From Chthoniobacteraceae bacterium (GTDB taxonomy: Bacteria > Verrucomicrobiota > Verrucomicrobiia > Chthoniobacterales > Chthoniobacteraceae): a stretch of 39,431 nt of DNA. The stretch spans positions 1-39,431 of the forward strand of contig JBEBGD010000046.1 in the NCBI GenBank assembly GCA_040081625.1. Reading direction: 5' to 3'. Shown here piece by piece: positions 18,194 through 26,439 of the stretch (within the stretch, counting starts at the first letter, position 1; every line of letters starts with the position of its first letter). Made by a program: the position numbers and the translations under genes. The notes beneath the pieces are model-generated. The model searched no databases, was not told the origin of the DNA, and saw only the letters and a list, made by a program, of their open reading frames with translations.

Positions 18194-18612
18194 GATGCGA
18201 TTTTTACAATCTGCACACTCTCGGGGGTGATGATCACCTCCGCGCCGGCGAGGATCTTGTCGCACTTGTCGGCCAGCTCGACGAGGACGGTATGTGCAGA
18301 GTCGGTGTTCTCGAGGGCGTAGTGCTCGGAAATGCCTGGAATCAGCGCGTGGAGCTTCCTTCCTGCGTCCGAGAACGGGAGAGTTTCCCGCACGCGCGCC
18401 TGGATGTTCACTGGCGAATAGAATGGCGCCAGCGCTTCGGCGGGCGAAAGCCCAAGTTCACGAGGAACTGCTCCTGCACATGGAGACGCTTGATCCGGAA
18501 ATTGCCGCAGCTCTCGACACGCGGCCAGAAGCGCCCGGCCCAGACGCAGAAGAGTGGACGCCCCCCGATGAATCTCCGCCTCCGTAATCGTGATCGTGAA
18601 CGGCTCGCTCAT
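18190..18612 (-). CDS. Hypothetical protein, 140 aa
   Basis: Start MSEPFTITITEAE with GGAGG upstream and ATGA overlap. Confidence 0.6.
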   Translation of the reverse strand: MSEPFTITITEAEIHRGASTLLRLGRALLAACRELRQFPDQASPCAGAVPRELGLSPAEALAPFYSPVNIQARVRETLPFSDAGRKLHALIPGISEHYALENTDSAHTVLVELADKCDKILAGAEVIITPESVQIVKIAS

Positions 18613-18797
18613 CGCCCGGCCTCCGTCGGAGGTTCGCCCTTCGCGGCGTAGTAGGCGGCTCGCGCCGCGTCCAGTCGCGTCGCTTGCACGTCGGCCACCA
18701 CGACCGAGCGCAGTAAGATCGCCGTGAGTTCGTCGAGCCACACTTCCAGCTTTGTCGCTTCCGATGCCGCGTGCGTGGCTTGGCTCTCTGCGCTCAT
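18609..18797 (-). CDS. Hypothetical protein, 62 aa
   Basis: MSAESQATHAASEATKLEVWLDELTAILLRS...; ATGA overlaps at both ends. Confidence 0.55.
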   Translation of the reverse strand: MSAESQATHAASEATKLEVWLDELTAILLRSVVVADVQATRLDAARAAYYAAKGEPPTEAGR

Positions 18798-19372
18798 TTC
18801 GTATCGCGGAGTTTTCGCCCGCCGATGCTGCGGCGGGTTGTGGAGTGAGGCACGGCGGGCTGTGGACGGTCGCCGCCCTCCAACGCGAGCAGCTCGACGA
18901 GAAACTCCTTGGCCTTCGGTAACACCGTGAACGCCCAAGCGGTGCCAGCGGTGCGCGATTGGCGCCGAAATGCCGCCGCGAAGCCATCGTCGAGAAGCGC
19001 GCTCGCCTTGGCGCGAATTGCGGCCCGAGCGTCGGCATCACTTTCGGCGCGAAGCTCAGCTCCGAGCGATTCGAGCCGTTCGAAAACGGATTCTAGAGCA
19101 GCTAGCTCTTCCGCACTTGGCGGGAGTTCGTGGGGCTGTGGCGTGATGCCCCAATCGGGAATCGGCACGCCAAGAAAATCGCAGATGCGCTGCCGCGCTT
19201 TCGGCGAGTCGAGCGCGCCGGTAATGACGTTTCGCAACGTGCCGGCCGCCAGCAATGTGCCAGCCGATAATTGCTCGTCTGTGACATTCAGCTCGGCAAG
19301 GAGCGCACGCACGCGAAGGCGGGTGGCCTTTCTAGCGCTGCTGACTGAAGTCTTCCGACGTGCAGTTCTCAT
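18794..19372 (-). CDS. Ner/Cro-like HTH regulator, first gene of the leftward operon
   Basis: VRALLAELNVTDEQLSAGTLLAAGTLRNVITGALDSPKARQRICDFLGVPIPDW is an XRE/Ner-like HTH; divergent from a repressor-like gene. Confidence 0.65.
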   Translation of the reverse strand: MRTARRKTSVSSARKATRLRVRALLAELNVTDEQLSAGTLLAAGTLRNVITGALDSPKARQRICDFLGVPIPDWGITPQPHELPPSAEELAALESVFERLESLGAELRAESDADARAAIRAKASALLDDGFAAAFRRQSRTAGTAWAFTVLPKAKEFLVELLALEGGDRPQPAVPHSTTRRSIGGRKLRDTK

Positions 19373-19390
19373 GATTAGTTCAATTAACGA

Positions 19391-19414
19391 CGGTTTGTTG
19401 ATAACAGCAAACCG
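19391..19414. promoter_or_regulatory. Palindromic operator candidate between the divergent regulators
   Basis: CGGTTTGTTG-ataa-CAGCAAACCG, 9/10 dyad, in an AT-rich 88-bp intergenic gap. Confidence 0.65.
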
Positions 19415-19460
19415 AAATCTGATCTTTCTTGCACGAGGTGTCCGCCCTTAAAGGTTTCGA

Positions 19461-20144
19461 GTGCGCAAAAGTCCGATTCCCCTTCGCGAGAAAGAGATTG
19501 GTCGCCGAATCACGACGGCGCGTGAGGCGGCTGGAATTTCGAGGGTGGCCATCGCTGGAAGAGCCGGCATCGCCGCCTCTCGGCTCGGCAACTACGAGCA
19601 CGGCCGCGCGGCGATGTCATATCACATCGGAGATCGAGTCTGCCGAGCGTTGGACGTTTGCCAACGCTGGCTCGCGACCGGCGCGGAGCCCATTCATTCA
19701 TACATTCCTGTCGAACAATTCGTCAGCGAAATGGTTCCACGATCAATGCCGTTCAGCGAGGCTTATGACCGCATTCTCGCCAAAGAGATCACGGTGCGGT
19801 TGGGCGCAGTCGCCAAGGTGTGTGGAGTTTCGATTGAGGATTTGCAGGCGCATCGGATCGTGGATGTCGGCGCTGTCGGTGAACCGGCCGATGTCGGAGC
19901 CCGTCGTGGATTCGAGCGCGTGGCTTCAATGAGATTGCACCTGGTGTGTTCGCAGCTTGGCGCGGATTTGATGGAGCGATACGTGGCAGAATTAGACAGG
20001 CTCGCCGAGCGATTCGAGGGGTTGGCGCGCAACCAGAAAGTTTCCCAGCTCGATGATCGGGAAATCACTGGCGAATGGATCAAGCTGCAATTGGAGAGCT
20101 GGCTTCCGCCAGGACACGCGCGGCGCCGGAAGCCTGTAAAATAG
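19461..20144 (+). CDS. CI-like XRE-family repressor
   Basis: EIGRRITTAREAAGISRVAIAGRAGIAASRLGNYEHGR...VCRALDVCQRWLATG is a classical Cro/C1 HTH; no S24 peptidase motif recognised in the C-terminus. Confidence 0.8.
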   Translation: MRKSPIPLREKEIGRRITTAREAAGISRVAIAGRAGIAASRLGNYEHGRAAMSYHIGDRVCRALDVCQRWLATGAEPIHSYIPVEQFVSEMVPRSMPFSEAYDRILAKEITVRLGAVAKVCGVSIEDLQAHRIVDVGAVGEPADVGARRGFERVASMRLHLVCSQLGADLMERYVAELDRLAERFEGLARNQKVSQLDDREITGEWIKLQLESWLPPGHARRRKPVK

Positions 20145-20182
20145 CGGCTTCGCGGGCGAAAGCACGGCACGAACCTTCGCGC

Positions 20183-20210
20183 TTGCAATGTCATGTTATT
20201 ATGTGACGAT
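20183..20210 (+). promoter_or_regulatory. Putative sigma70 promoter with overlapping dyad upstream of the second XRE gene
   Basis: TTGCAA-16 nt-GACGAT ending 8 nt before ATG 20219; GTCA-tgttattatg-TGAC dyad (20190-20207) overlaps it. Confidence 0.45.
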
Positions 20211-20218
20211 GCGCGCGC

Positions 20219-20527
20219 ATGGTGCGACGCGACACTCCGAAACTTGAAAAGCTCTTCCGCCGGATCCGGCGGCTGACAAAGACGCACGGCGCAAAGGCGG
20301 CGTTGGCCGATCTGCTCGGTGTGACGCGGCAGCACTTGCACACATGGCTGGCTGGCGATTCTGAGCCTGCTGGCGAAGCAACGCTGACACTGCTGGAATG
20401 GGCCACGGCAGAGGAAGCCAAACAAAGAAAGAGCGCCCGCCGCGCAGCAACGCGACGAGCGCCAAGGGCCCAAGTAAGGAAATCCAAAGCAAATGAAAAA
20501 CCAAACTCAGGCCGACGGAAAAAATAA
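20219..20527 (+). CDS. Small XRE/HTH protein with basic tail
   Basis: HGAKAALADLLGVTRQHLHTWLAGDSEPAGEATLTLLEW. Confidence 0.75.
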   Translation: MVRRDTPKLEKLFRRIRRLTKTHGAKAALADLLGVTRQHLHTWLAGDSEPAGEATLTLLEWATAEEAKQRKSARRAATRRAPRAQVRKSKANEKPNSGRRKK

Positions 20528-21269
20528 CCGGACCGCCTCCCCTCGCCACCGGAATCCCGCGCCTCCCGCGCGTCATCGGAAGCCGCGTCTCGCAGTCAAA
20601 TCGGCACCGCTTGCCGATTTAAAAAAGGCCCATCGCACGCCACCCTCGCCGATCGCCGCGCAGGTCGAGCCGTCCATCCGCTACGAAAGCGTCGGGATGT
20701 GCTTTGAATTGAGAACGGCCGACGGCACTCAGCACAGGAAGCCGAAGCCCCTCGGCGAGACGCTTTCCATGTCGATCGCGTCGGTGGATGCCGTGCGAAT
20801 CATGAGTCGGGCACTTCGCGAAAATGCCGGGCTGTTTGAAGGCATCGTGCGCCGCTCGCATAGCAAGGGGGAATCCGCAGTCGCAATGAAGGTTGCGGCA
20901 GCGATCGGCGGGCTGGAGTTGCAGGGTGCGGACTTCGCGAGTGTTCGCGAGCTTCATCTGGAGGGGTTTGGGCCGTTTGCCGCCGCCTCGTGGCGGACGA
21001 TCGCGGACTGTCTGTCCACTCGTTTTACGCATCACATCGAAGAGCTGGAGTTGCGGGACCGCAGCGGCGAGTCGCGCGTGCTGCTGGAGCAGGCGCTTTG
21101 CTGCGCGCTGCTCATCAGCGAGCACGATTACATTCGGTTGGACGTGCTCAATCAGCAACTCACCCCGGCCGAAAGCGAGACCATCGACGCCTGGGAGTTG
21201 GCGGTGGAACGCGAGCTGGAGAAACTCGACGAGTCCGAGCTTGCCAGCGCTGCCGGGCCGGGCCGATAA
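20493..21269 (+). CDS. Hypothetical protein, 258 aa
   Basis: Long ORF overlapping the XRE gene end; globular helical C-terminal two-thirds; start uncertain. Confidence 0.6.
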   Translation: MKNQTQADGKNNRTASPRHRNPAPPARHRKPRLAVKSAPLADLKKAHRTPPSPIAAQVEPSIRYESVGMCFELRTADGTQHRKPKPLGETLSMSIASVDAVRIMSRALRENAGLFEGIVRRSHSKGESAVAMKVAAAIGGLELQGADFASVRELHLEGFGPFAAASWRTIADCLSTRFTHHIEELELRDRSGESRVLLEQALCCALLISEHDYIRLDVLNQQLTPAESETIDAWELAVERELEKLDESELASAAGPGR

Positions 21270-21484
21270 GACGCGGCGACGGAATCCGGCTGTTCACCCG
21301 CTGCGAGCGCCGCGATCTGCAAAGATCGCGGCGCTTTTGCGTTTGAAGGCCGATGCCGCCGCCGGGTAGAGTCGGGCCGTGCACCTTCAAGGGCCGCTCC
21401 GCCATTCTATACTGCGCGCTATCCGGGGCGGCTTCGCCGCAGTCGCGGCGCTCGTGAACTGGCTCGCTGGCGGAAGGTAGGCCG

Positions 21485-22065
21485 ATGGACGCGATGCTGC
21501 TGGCAACCCTCGTCGGCTTGATCTGCAATTTCCGGCAGGAACGCGGCGCGCGGGAGGCGCTCACGCATCGGCAATTCGCCGAGTGGCTGGCGGCGCATCG
21601 CTTTCAGGGGTTGAGCGATCAAATCGCGAACACGTTTCACCTTCAAAGCGAAGTGGACGCGCTGCTGCGCGAGGATCATCAGGCGATCATGGCGAAGCTC
21701 GGCGAAATCGAGCGGATGATGGCGGCGCTGCTCTCGCGCGTGCCCGGCTTCGGCGAGCTGGCGCGGGCGGTGCATCCCGAGTGGGAGCTTTCCGAGCAGG
21801 CGCTGGAGATTCTGCGGACCTTCGTTGAGTCGGGGTCGCCTTGGATGCAGGTCACGGGAGACGAAACGGGCAATCCTTTATACTGCGTCATGGTGCCGGC
21901 GAGGTGCTCGCTTTCAAACCAGACCGGCGTTTCTTCGACGACGACATGGCGACGCTCGCCGGCCTCGGCTTGCTCATCGCCGTGCCGTCGAGCGGCGATC
22001 CTCAATACCGGCTTACCCGTGCCGGCGAGCGCTTCATCCGCGAACTGGCCAGGCCGGGCGAGTAG
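21485..22065 (+). pseudogene. Hypothetical protein with winged-helix-like C-terminus, frameshifted near 21880-21895
   Basis: Frame of 21485 reads MDAMLLATLVGLICNFRQER...LSEQALEILRTFVESG...NPLYCV and then loses coding character; the -1 frame continues HGAGEVLAFKPDRRFFDDDMATLAGLGLL...QYRLTRAGERFIRELARPGE* to 22065. Confidence 0.65.
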
Positions 22066-22111
22066 GCTGAGCGGCGTGCGTCATGGACGCGAGCGCTCAC
22101 GCCCAAAGTAT

Positions 22112-22464
22112 TGTAAACTGTTCGCCCGAAGTGCGAACTCGGCGCCACGGGCCGGCGCGGCCATGCCCGAAAGCGCCCGAAAATCCAGCCGCGCGACGCA
22201 CCTTTTCAAGTGACGGAAAACTTTCCGATTTTCCGGACACAAAATGTCCGCGCCAATCCCGATCTACTCTGTTGCCGCCACGTTTAGCGACACACCTTTC
22301 GCCGACGCGGCGGACATGTGGAATCCGATCGGGCGGAATAAAAGGCTGAGAGTTTTAAGACGACAGTCGAGCGGCTCACCCGCCGGCAAACACCCATCCA
22401 ACAGAGTAATTCCGGCCATTTCCGGCATCTCGCGCAGAATCAGAAACTATTCCGCAAGGGGACA
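22112..22464 (-). repeat. Right end of the element: terminal inverted repeat and multiple putative binding sites
   Basis: Terminal site 22431-22464; inverted copy 22340-22361 (17/22 to 11037-11058); direct copy GACGGAAAACTTTCCGATTTTCC...AATGTCCGCGC at 22212-22253; TGTAAACTGTTCGC at 22112-22125 (12/14 inverted to 11126-11139). Confidence 0.7.
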
Positions 22465-22468
22465 TAGC
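22465..22468 (+). repeat. Target-site duplication, right copy (TAGC)
   Basis: GGGGACA|TAGCcgc; identical to 11025-11028. Confidence 0.72.
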
Positions 22469-22478
22469 CGCATCCAAG

Positions 22479-22553
<75 letters not shown>

Positions 22554-22710
22554 AAACGCGGGCGCGGAAACTATGATCCGGGGGCGCGATGACAAGCGGT
22601 TTTTCCCGTGTGAAAAAACCGCATGGACGGGCGGCGAAGTGCGGCTAGTCTCCGCGCCGTTCCAGCCGCCGCATGGCGGTGTGTCCCCAGGGCGTTTATT
22701 AAAACCAAAC

Positions 22711-23049
22711 ATGGGTAAAACGACCACCACCAAGAAAACCACCACGGGCCGGCGCGCAAAACTTCCAGTCGCTGCCGCTTCCGTGTCCGTCAACGAAACC
22801 GACGCGAAGCCGAAGCGCATTCGCCGTGTAGCGCCGCAGACCAACGGCGCAAAGGCGCCCGCGAAAAAGCCGGCGACGCGGAAACCCAAGGCGAAGATCG
22901 CGACGAGGTCCAGGGGGATCTCGGGCGATGACATCGCGTTGCGGGCTTACTTCATCGGCGAGCATCGCCGGCGTTCCTGCATAGACGGCACGCCGGAGGG
23001 CGACTGGCTCGAAGCCGAGCGCCAACTGCGCGCGGCCATCGCGGTGTAG
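22711..23049 (+). CDS. DUF2934-domain protein with basic Lys/Ala-rich N-terminus
   Basis: DDIALRAYFIGEHRR...GTPEGDWLEAERQL is the DUF2934 pattern. Confidence 0.8.
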   Translation: MGKTTTTKKTTTGRRAKLPVAAASVSVNETDAKPKRIRRVAPQTNGAKAPAKKPATRKPKAKIATRSRGISGDDIALRAYFIGEHRRRSCIDGTPEGDWLEAERQLRAAIAV

Positions 23050-23063
23050 CGCGACCTTCGCTC

Positions 23064-23306
23064 GTGAACGAGGATCCGTTCGCAGAACTGGCCGCGGCTT
23101 TGCGCGAGCGAGTCGAGGTGATCGCGGATCGCGATCTCTATGCGCGCGCCCCGGAGGAGCACCTCGAGAAATTAAAAGCGGCATCCTCACGCATTGAGCT
23201 TGCGGGCGCCGCGTTGCCGAAGCCGGTGCCGGGTGATCTCGCGCACTTCCTGAAAGGCAGCAGTTTCCAGAAAGCGCTCGCCTGGATCGAAGCGCGCGGT
23301 CGCTGA
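23064..23306 (+). CDS. Hypothetical protein, 80 aa
   Basis: Host-like codon usage; LRERVEVIADRD...HLEKLKAAS...DLAHFLKGSSFQKALAWI. Confidence 0.65.
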   Translation: MNEDPFAELAAALRERVEVIADRDLYARAPEEHLEKLKAASSRIELAGAALPKPVPGDLAHFLKGSSFQKALAWIEARGR

Positions 23307-23309
23307 AGC

Positions 23310-24812
23310 TTATCGGCGTTTGCCGCCGAAAAGGCCACCGAGCACTCCACGGATGATCTCGCGACCGAGGCCGCTGCCGATGCTGCGCACTGCGCTGCTC
23401 GCCATTTTTCCGATCAAGCCTTCGCGGACTCCGCCGCGCGGGCCGGTGCTGCCGAGGAACATCGAGCCCAGGCCGCCGAGCACTCCGGTGCCGACTGCGG
23501 TCGCGCCAGGGGCGGGCGGCGCGGATGCGGCGTTTTGCGCGGCGCGCGCCGCGAGGATTTCCGATGCGCTCTCGCGGTCGATGGCGTTTTCGTAGGTGCC
23601 AAAGATGACGCTGCCCTGGACGATCGCGCGCCGCTCGTCGGGCGTGACCGGGCCGAGCCGGCTGCGCGGCGGGACGACGAAGGCGCGTTCGACGATGCCG
23701 GGCTGCCCGCGCTCGTCGAGCAGCGAGATGAGCGCTTCGCCGACGCCGAGCTCGGTGATGACCTGCTCGGTGTTGAGCTTCGGGTTCGGGCGGAAGGTTT
23801 CCGCGCTGGCCTTCACGGCTTTTTGATCGCGCGGCGTGAAAGCGCGCAGCGCGTGCTGCACGCGGTTGCCGAGCTGCGCGAGGATGGTGTCCGGGATGTC
23901 GAGCGGGTTCTGGCTGACGAAGAAAATGCCGACGCCTTTCGAGCGCACGAGCCGCACGACTTGCTCGATCTTTTCCTGCAAGCTCGACGGGATGTCGGTG
24001 AAGAGCAGATGGGCCTCGTCGAAAAAGAAGATGAGCTTGGGCTTCGGCTGGTCGCCGACTTCGGGCAGCCGCTCGAAGAGTTCGCTGAGCATCCACAGCA
24101 GCATCGCGGCGTAGGCGCGCGGGTTTTGCATGAGGCGGTCGGCGGCGAGGATGTTGATATGGCCGTGGCCGTTCGCGTCGGTCTGGATGAAGTCGTCGAG
24201 GTTGAGCGCGGGCTCGCCGAAGAATTTGTCGCCGCCTTGCTGCTCGAGCGCGAGCAGGCCGCGCTGGATGGCGCCGACGCTCGCGGCGGAGACGTTGCCG
24301 TATTTGGTGGTGAGCTGCGAGGCGTTGTCGCCGATCCACTGGAGGAGCGCGCGCAGGTCCTTCAGGTCGAGCAGCAGCAGGCCGTTATCGTCGGCGATCT
24401 TGAAGGTCATCGCGAGCACGCCCTCCTGTGTGTCGTTGAGGTTGAGTAGGCGGCTGAGCAGCAGCGGGCCCATCTCGCTGACGGTCGCGCGGATCGGGTG
24501 GCCATTTTCGCCGAAGACATCCCAGAACACGACGGGGAATCCTGCGGGCGTGTAGTCCGCGAGCGCGAGCTGGCGGACGCGCTCGGCGATTTTCGGATTC
24601 GCCCCGCCGGGCTTGGCGATGCCGGCGAGGTCGCCTTTTACATCGGCCATGAAGACGGGCACGCCGAGCGCGCTGAACTGCTCGGCCATGCTTTGCAAAG
24701 TCACGGTCTTGCCCGTGCCTGTCGCGCCGGCGACGAGGCCATGGCGATTGGCCATCGCGGGATTGAAGAGGACGTCGATGGTGCCTTTGGCGAGGAGAAA
24801 CGGTGTGCTCAT
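23310..24812 (-). CDS. HerA-like ATPase, DUF853/YjgR family
   Basis: [55 protein letters not shown]. Confidence 0.92.
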   Translation of the reverse strand: MSTPFLLAKGTIDVLFNPAMANRHGLVAGATGTGKTVTLQSMAEQFSALGVPVFMADVKGDLAGIAKPGGANPKIAERVRQLALADYTPAGFPVVFWDVFGENGHPIRATVSEMGPLLLSRLLNLNDTQEGVLAMTFKIADDNGLLLLDLKDLRALLQWIGDNASQLTTKYGNVSAASVGAIQRGLLALEQQGGDKFFGEPALNLDDFIQTDANGHGHINILAADRLMQNPRAYAAMLLWMLSELFERLPEVGDQPKPKLIFFFDEAHLLFTDIPSSLQEKIEQVVRLVRSKGVGIFFVSQNPLDIPDTILAQLGNRVQHALRAFTPRDQKAVKASAETFRPNPKLNTEQVITELGVGEALISLLDERGQPGIVERAFVVPPRSRLGPVTPDERRAIVQGSVIFGTYENAIDRESASEILAARAAQNAASAPPAPGATAVGTGVLGGLGSMFLGSTGPRGGVREGLIGKMASSAVRSIGSGLGREIIRGVLGGLFGGKRR

Positions 24813-24846
24813 GGGTCTGCTGTATCGCAGCGATGGCGCGTGGGAA

Positions 24847-25782
24847 TCAGAAAAGTCCGGCGATCGCCGGCATTTTCAGCAGCGTGATCAACACCGTGAC
24901 CGTGCCCATGCTCAACATCGTGGACCAGAAAACCGCCGCGGCTGCGTAATGATGATCGGCGCCCATCTCGTGTGCGACGAGTGCGGTGTTCACGGCGGTG
25001 GGAAAGGACGTGCCGAGGATCATCACGAGCGCGGTCTCGCCGGTGAAACCGAACGCCTTGACGAGGCAAACGCCGACGATCGGTCCGCAGACGAGGCGCA
25101 GCACGAGTGCCCAGCTCAAGTGCGAGAGCCGCTGGTTGTGCTCGGTCTTTGAGAGCTGCACGCCGAGCGTGATGAGCGCCATCGCTATGAGGCCCTGCGC
25201 GAAGTAGTCCATCGGCACCCACAGCCAGCGCCACTGCATGACGGGCACGTCGAACGTGCGCACGAGTAGCGCGCAGATGACGGCGTAGATGGAAACCTGA
25301 CGCAGTGCCGGCAGCAGCGCGCGCCATCCGGAGTGCTTCGCAGACGAGGCGAGGAAGATGCCGACGGTGAAGTTGCCGATGTTCTGGACGAGCACGACGA
25401 AGACTTGCAGGACCTCGGCTTTCCCCGGGAAGGCGAGCGCCATGAGCGGGATGCCGTAGTTGGCCGAGTTGTAAAACATCGCGGCGATCTGCAGGCCGCG
25501 CGTCTGCGGCGCGTTGTAGCGCATGATGCGGCCGACGATTCCGCCGAGGATGAACATCGAGCCGGAGATGCACATCGTGAAGAGGACGACCCGCTCGGCG
25601 ATTCCGTGATCGAGCCGCGCCTCGACGAGCTTCACGAAGATGAACGCCGGCACGAAGACGTTCACGTTGAGCTTCACGACTGTGTTCAGATCGACGTTGA
25701 ACTTGCGATCGAGCAGCCACCCGCACGCAAACATCGCGAGGATCGGCAGCAGGACTTGCGTGAAGACTTCGAGCAGGAGCAC
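24847..25782 (-). CDS. AEC (auxin efflux carrier) family transporter
   Basis: Multi-pass hydrophobic protein; [29 protein letters not shown]. Confidence 0.85.
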   Translation of the reverse strand: MLLLEVFTQVLLPILAMFACGWLLDRKFNVDLNTVVKLNVNVFVPAFIFVKLVEARLDHGIAERVVLFTMCISGSMFILGGIVGRIMRYNAPQTRGLQIAAMFYNSANYGIPLMALAFPGKAEVLQVFVVLVQNIGNFTVGIFLASSAKHSGWRALLPALRQVSIYAVICALLVRTFDVPVMQWRWLWVPMDYFAQGLIAMALITLGVQLSKTEHNQRLSHLSWALVLRLVCGPIVGVCLVKAFGFTGETALVMILGTSFPTAVNTALVAHEMGADHHYAAAAVFWSTMLSMGTVTVLITLLKMPAIAGLF

Positions 25783-25815
25783 GCGCGGCTTCTACACGTG
25801 TTGTCGTCATTCCCA

Positions 25816-25858
25816 CAAAAACAAACAGCCAGCCCGCACTCGGCGGACTGGCTGTTTG
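25816..25858 (-). terminator. Intrinsic terminator downstream of rpsU
   Basis: CAAACAGCCAG...CTGGCTGTTTG 11-bp stem followed by TTTTT on the minus strand. Confidence 0.8.
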
Positions 25859-25896
25859 AAATCGGTTCGTCGTGCGCGGGAATTCCGCGCCGCGAC

Positions 25897-26097
25897 TTAG
25901 CTGTGGATTACGAAGCGCGTTTTGTTCTTTGCGCGGCGCGCATTGATTTTCGCTTTGCGCTTGTTGCGCTGCGTCGGCGTTTCGAACGCGCGCAGGCGGC
26001 GCACTTCGTCCATGAGGCCTTCTGCGTCGAGCTTGCTCTTGAGGCGTTTAAGTGCCCGGTCGATTGGCTCTCCTTTTTTGACGATGACTTCTGGCAT
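25897..26097 (-). CDS. rpsU: 30S ribosomal protein S21
   Basis: MPEVIVKKGEPIDRALKRLKSKLDAEGLMDEVRRLRAFETP. Confidence 0.93.
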   Translation of the reverse strand: MPEVIVKKGEPIDRALKRLKSKLDAEGLMDEVRRLRAFETPTQRNKRKAKINARRAKNKTRFVIHS

Positions 26098-26439
26098 ATG
26101 CGTTTATTCCCTTCCTTTCTTTCGTGATTCGAGCGGTGAGTAAGTGGTGAAGAAGTAACTGAGGCGCGCAGGCTAGGGTGGCTGCGAAGGGCCGTCAACG
26201 CTTGATTCCCGGAATTTTTCGGTCTCTGAATAAAGTGGTGGTTTATTTCCCGAAGCGAGCGGCAAAACCCGGATTTTCAGACCAATGCGGCGGGCCACAG
26301 TGTCTCAACTTTCTCTTTTACCGGCTCATCCCGACCTTTGCCGGGGCGCTGCGCCCGGGGGAAGTAAAGTGAGCGTTCCTGTTTGCCCTCGGCGCGACCC
26401 TCTTCTAATTGCACGCGACCCTTCCCGATTCATTACGTG

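Larger units (their letters stand above)
11029..22464. mobile_element. 11.4 kb Mu/Tn7-like DDE transposable element inserted just downstream of tRNA-Val
   Basis: Left end TGTAGGCGGACGTAAAACTTTCTGACTTTTCCCG versus reverse complement of right end TGTCCCCTTGCGGAATAGTTTCTGATTCTGCGCG: 21/34 identical without gaps. TAGC flanks both ends. Encodes transposase plus AAA+ ATPase. Confidence 0.82.

Noticed and set aside
11029..22464. Complete Mu-like prophage or CRISPR-associated transposon
   Set aside because: No capsid, portal, terminase, baseplate or lysis genes, and no cas genes or repeat-spacer array were recognisable.
26229..26247. AATAAA-gtggtgg-TTTATT dyad in the rpsU / DUF1549 intergenic region
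   Set aside because: Short AT-rich dyad in a promoter region, plausible by chance, with no regulator to link it to.
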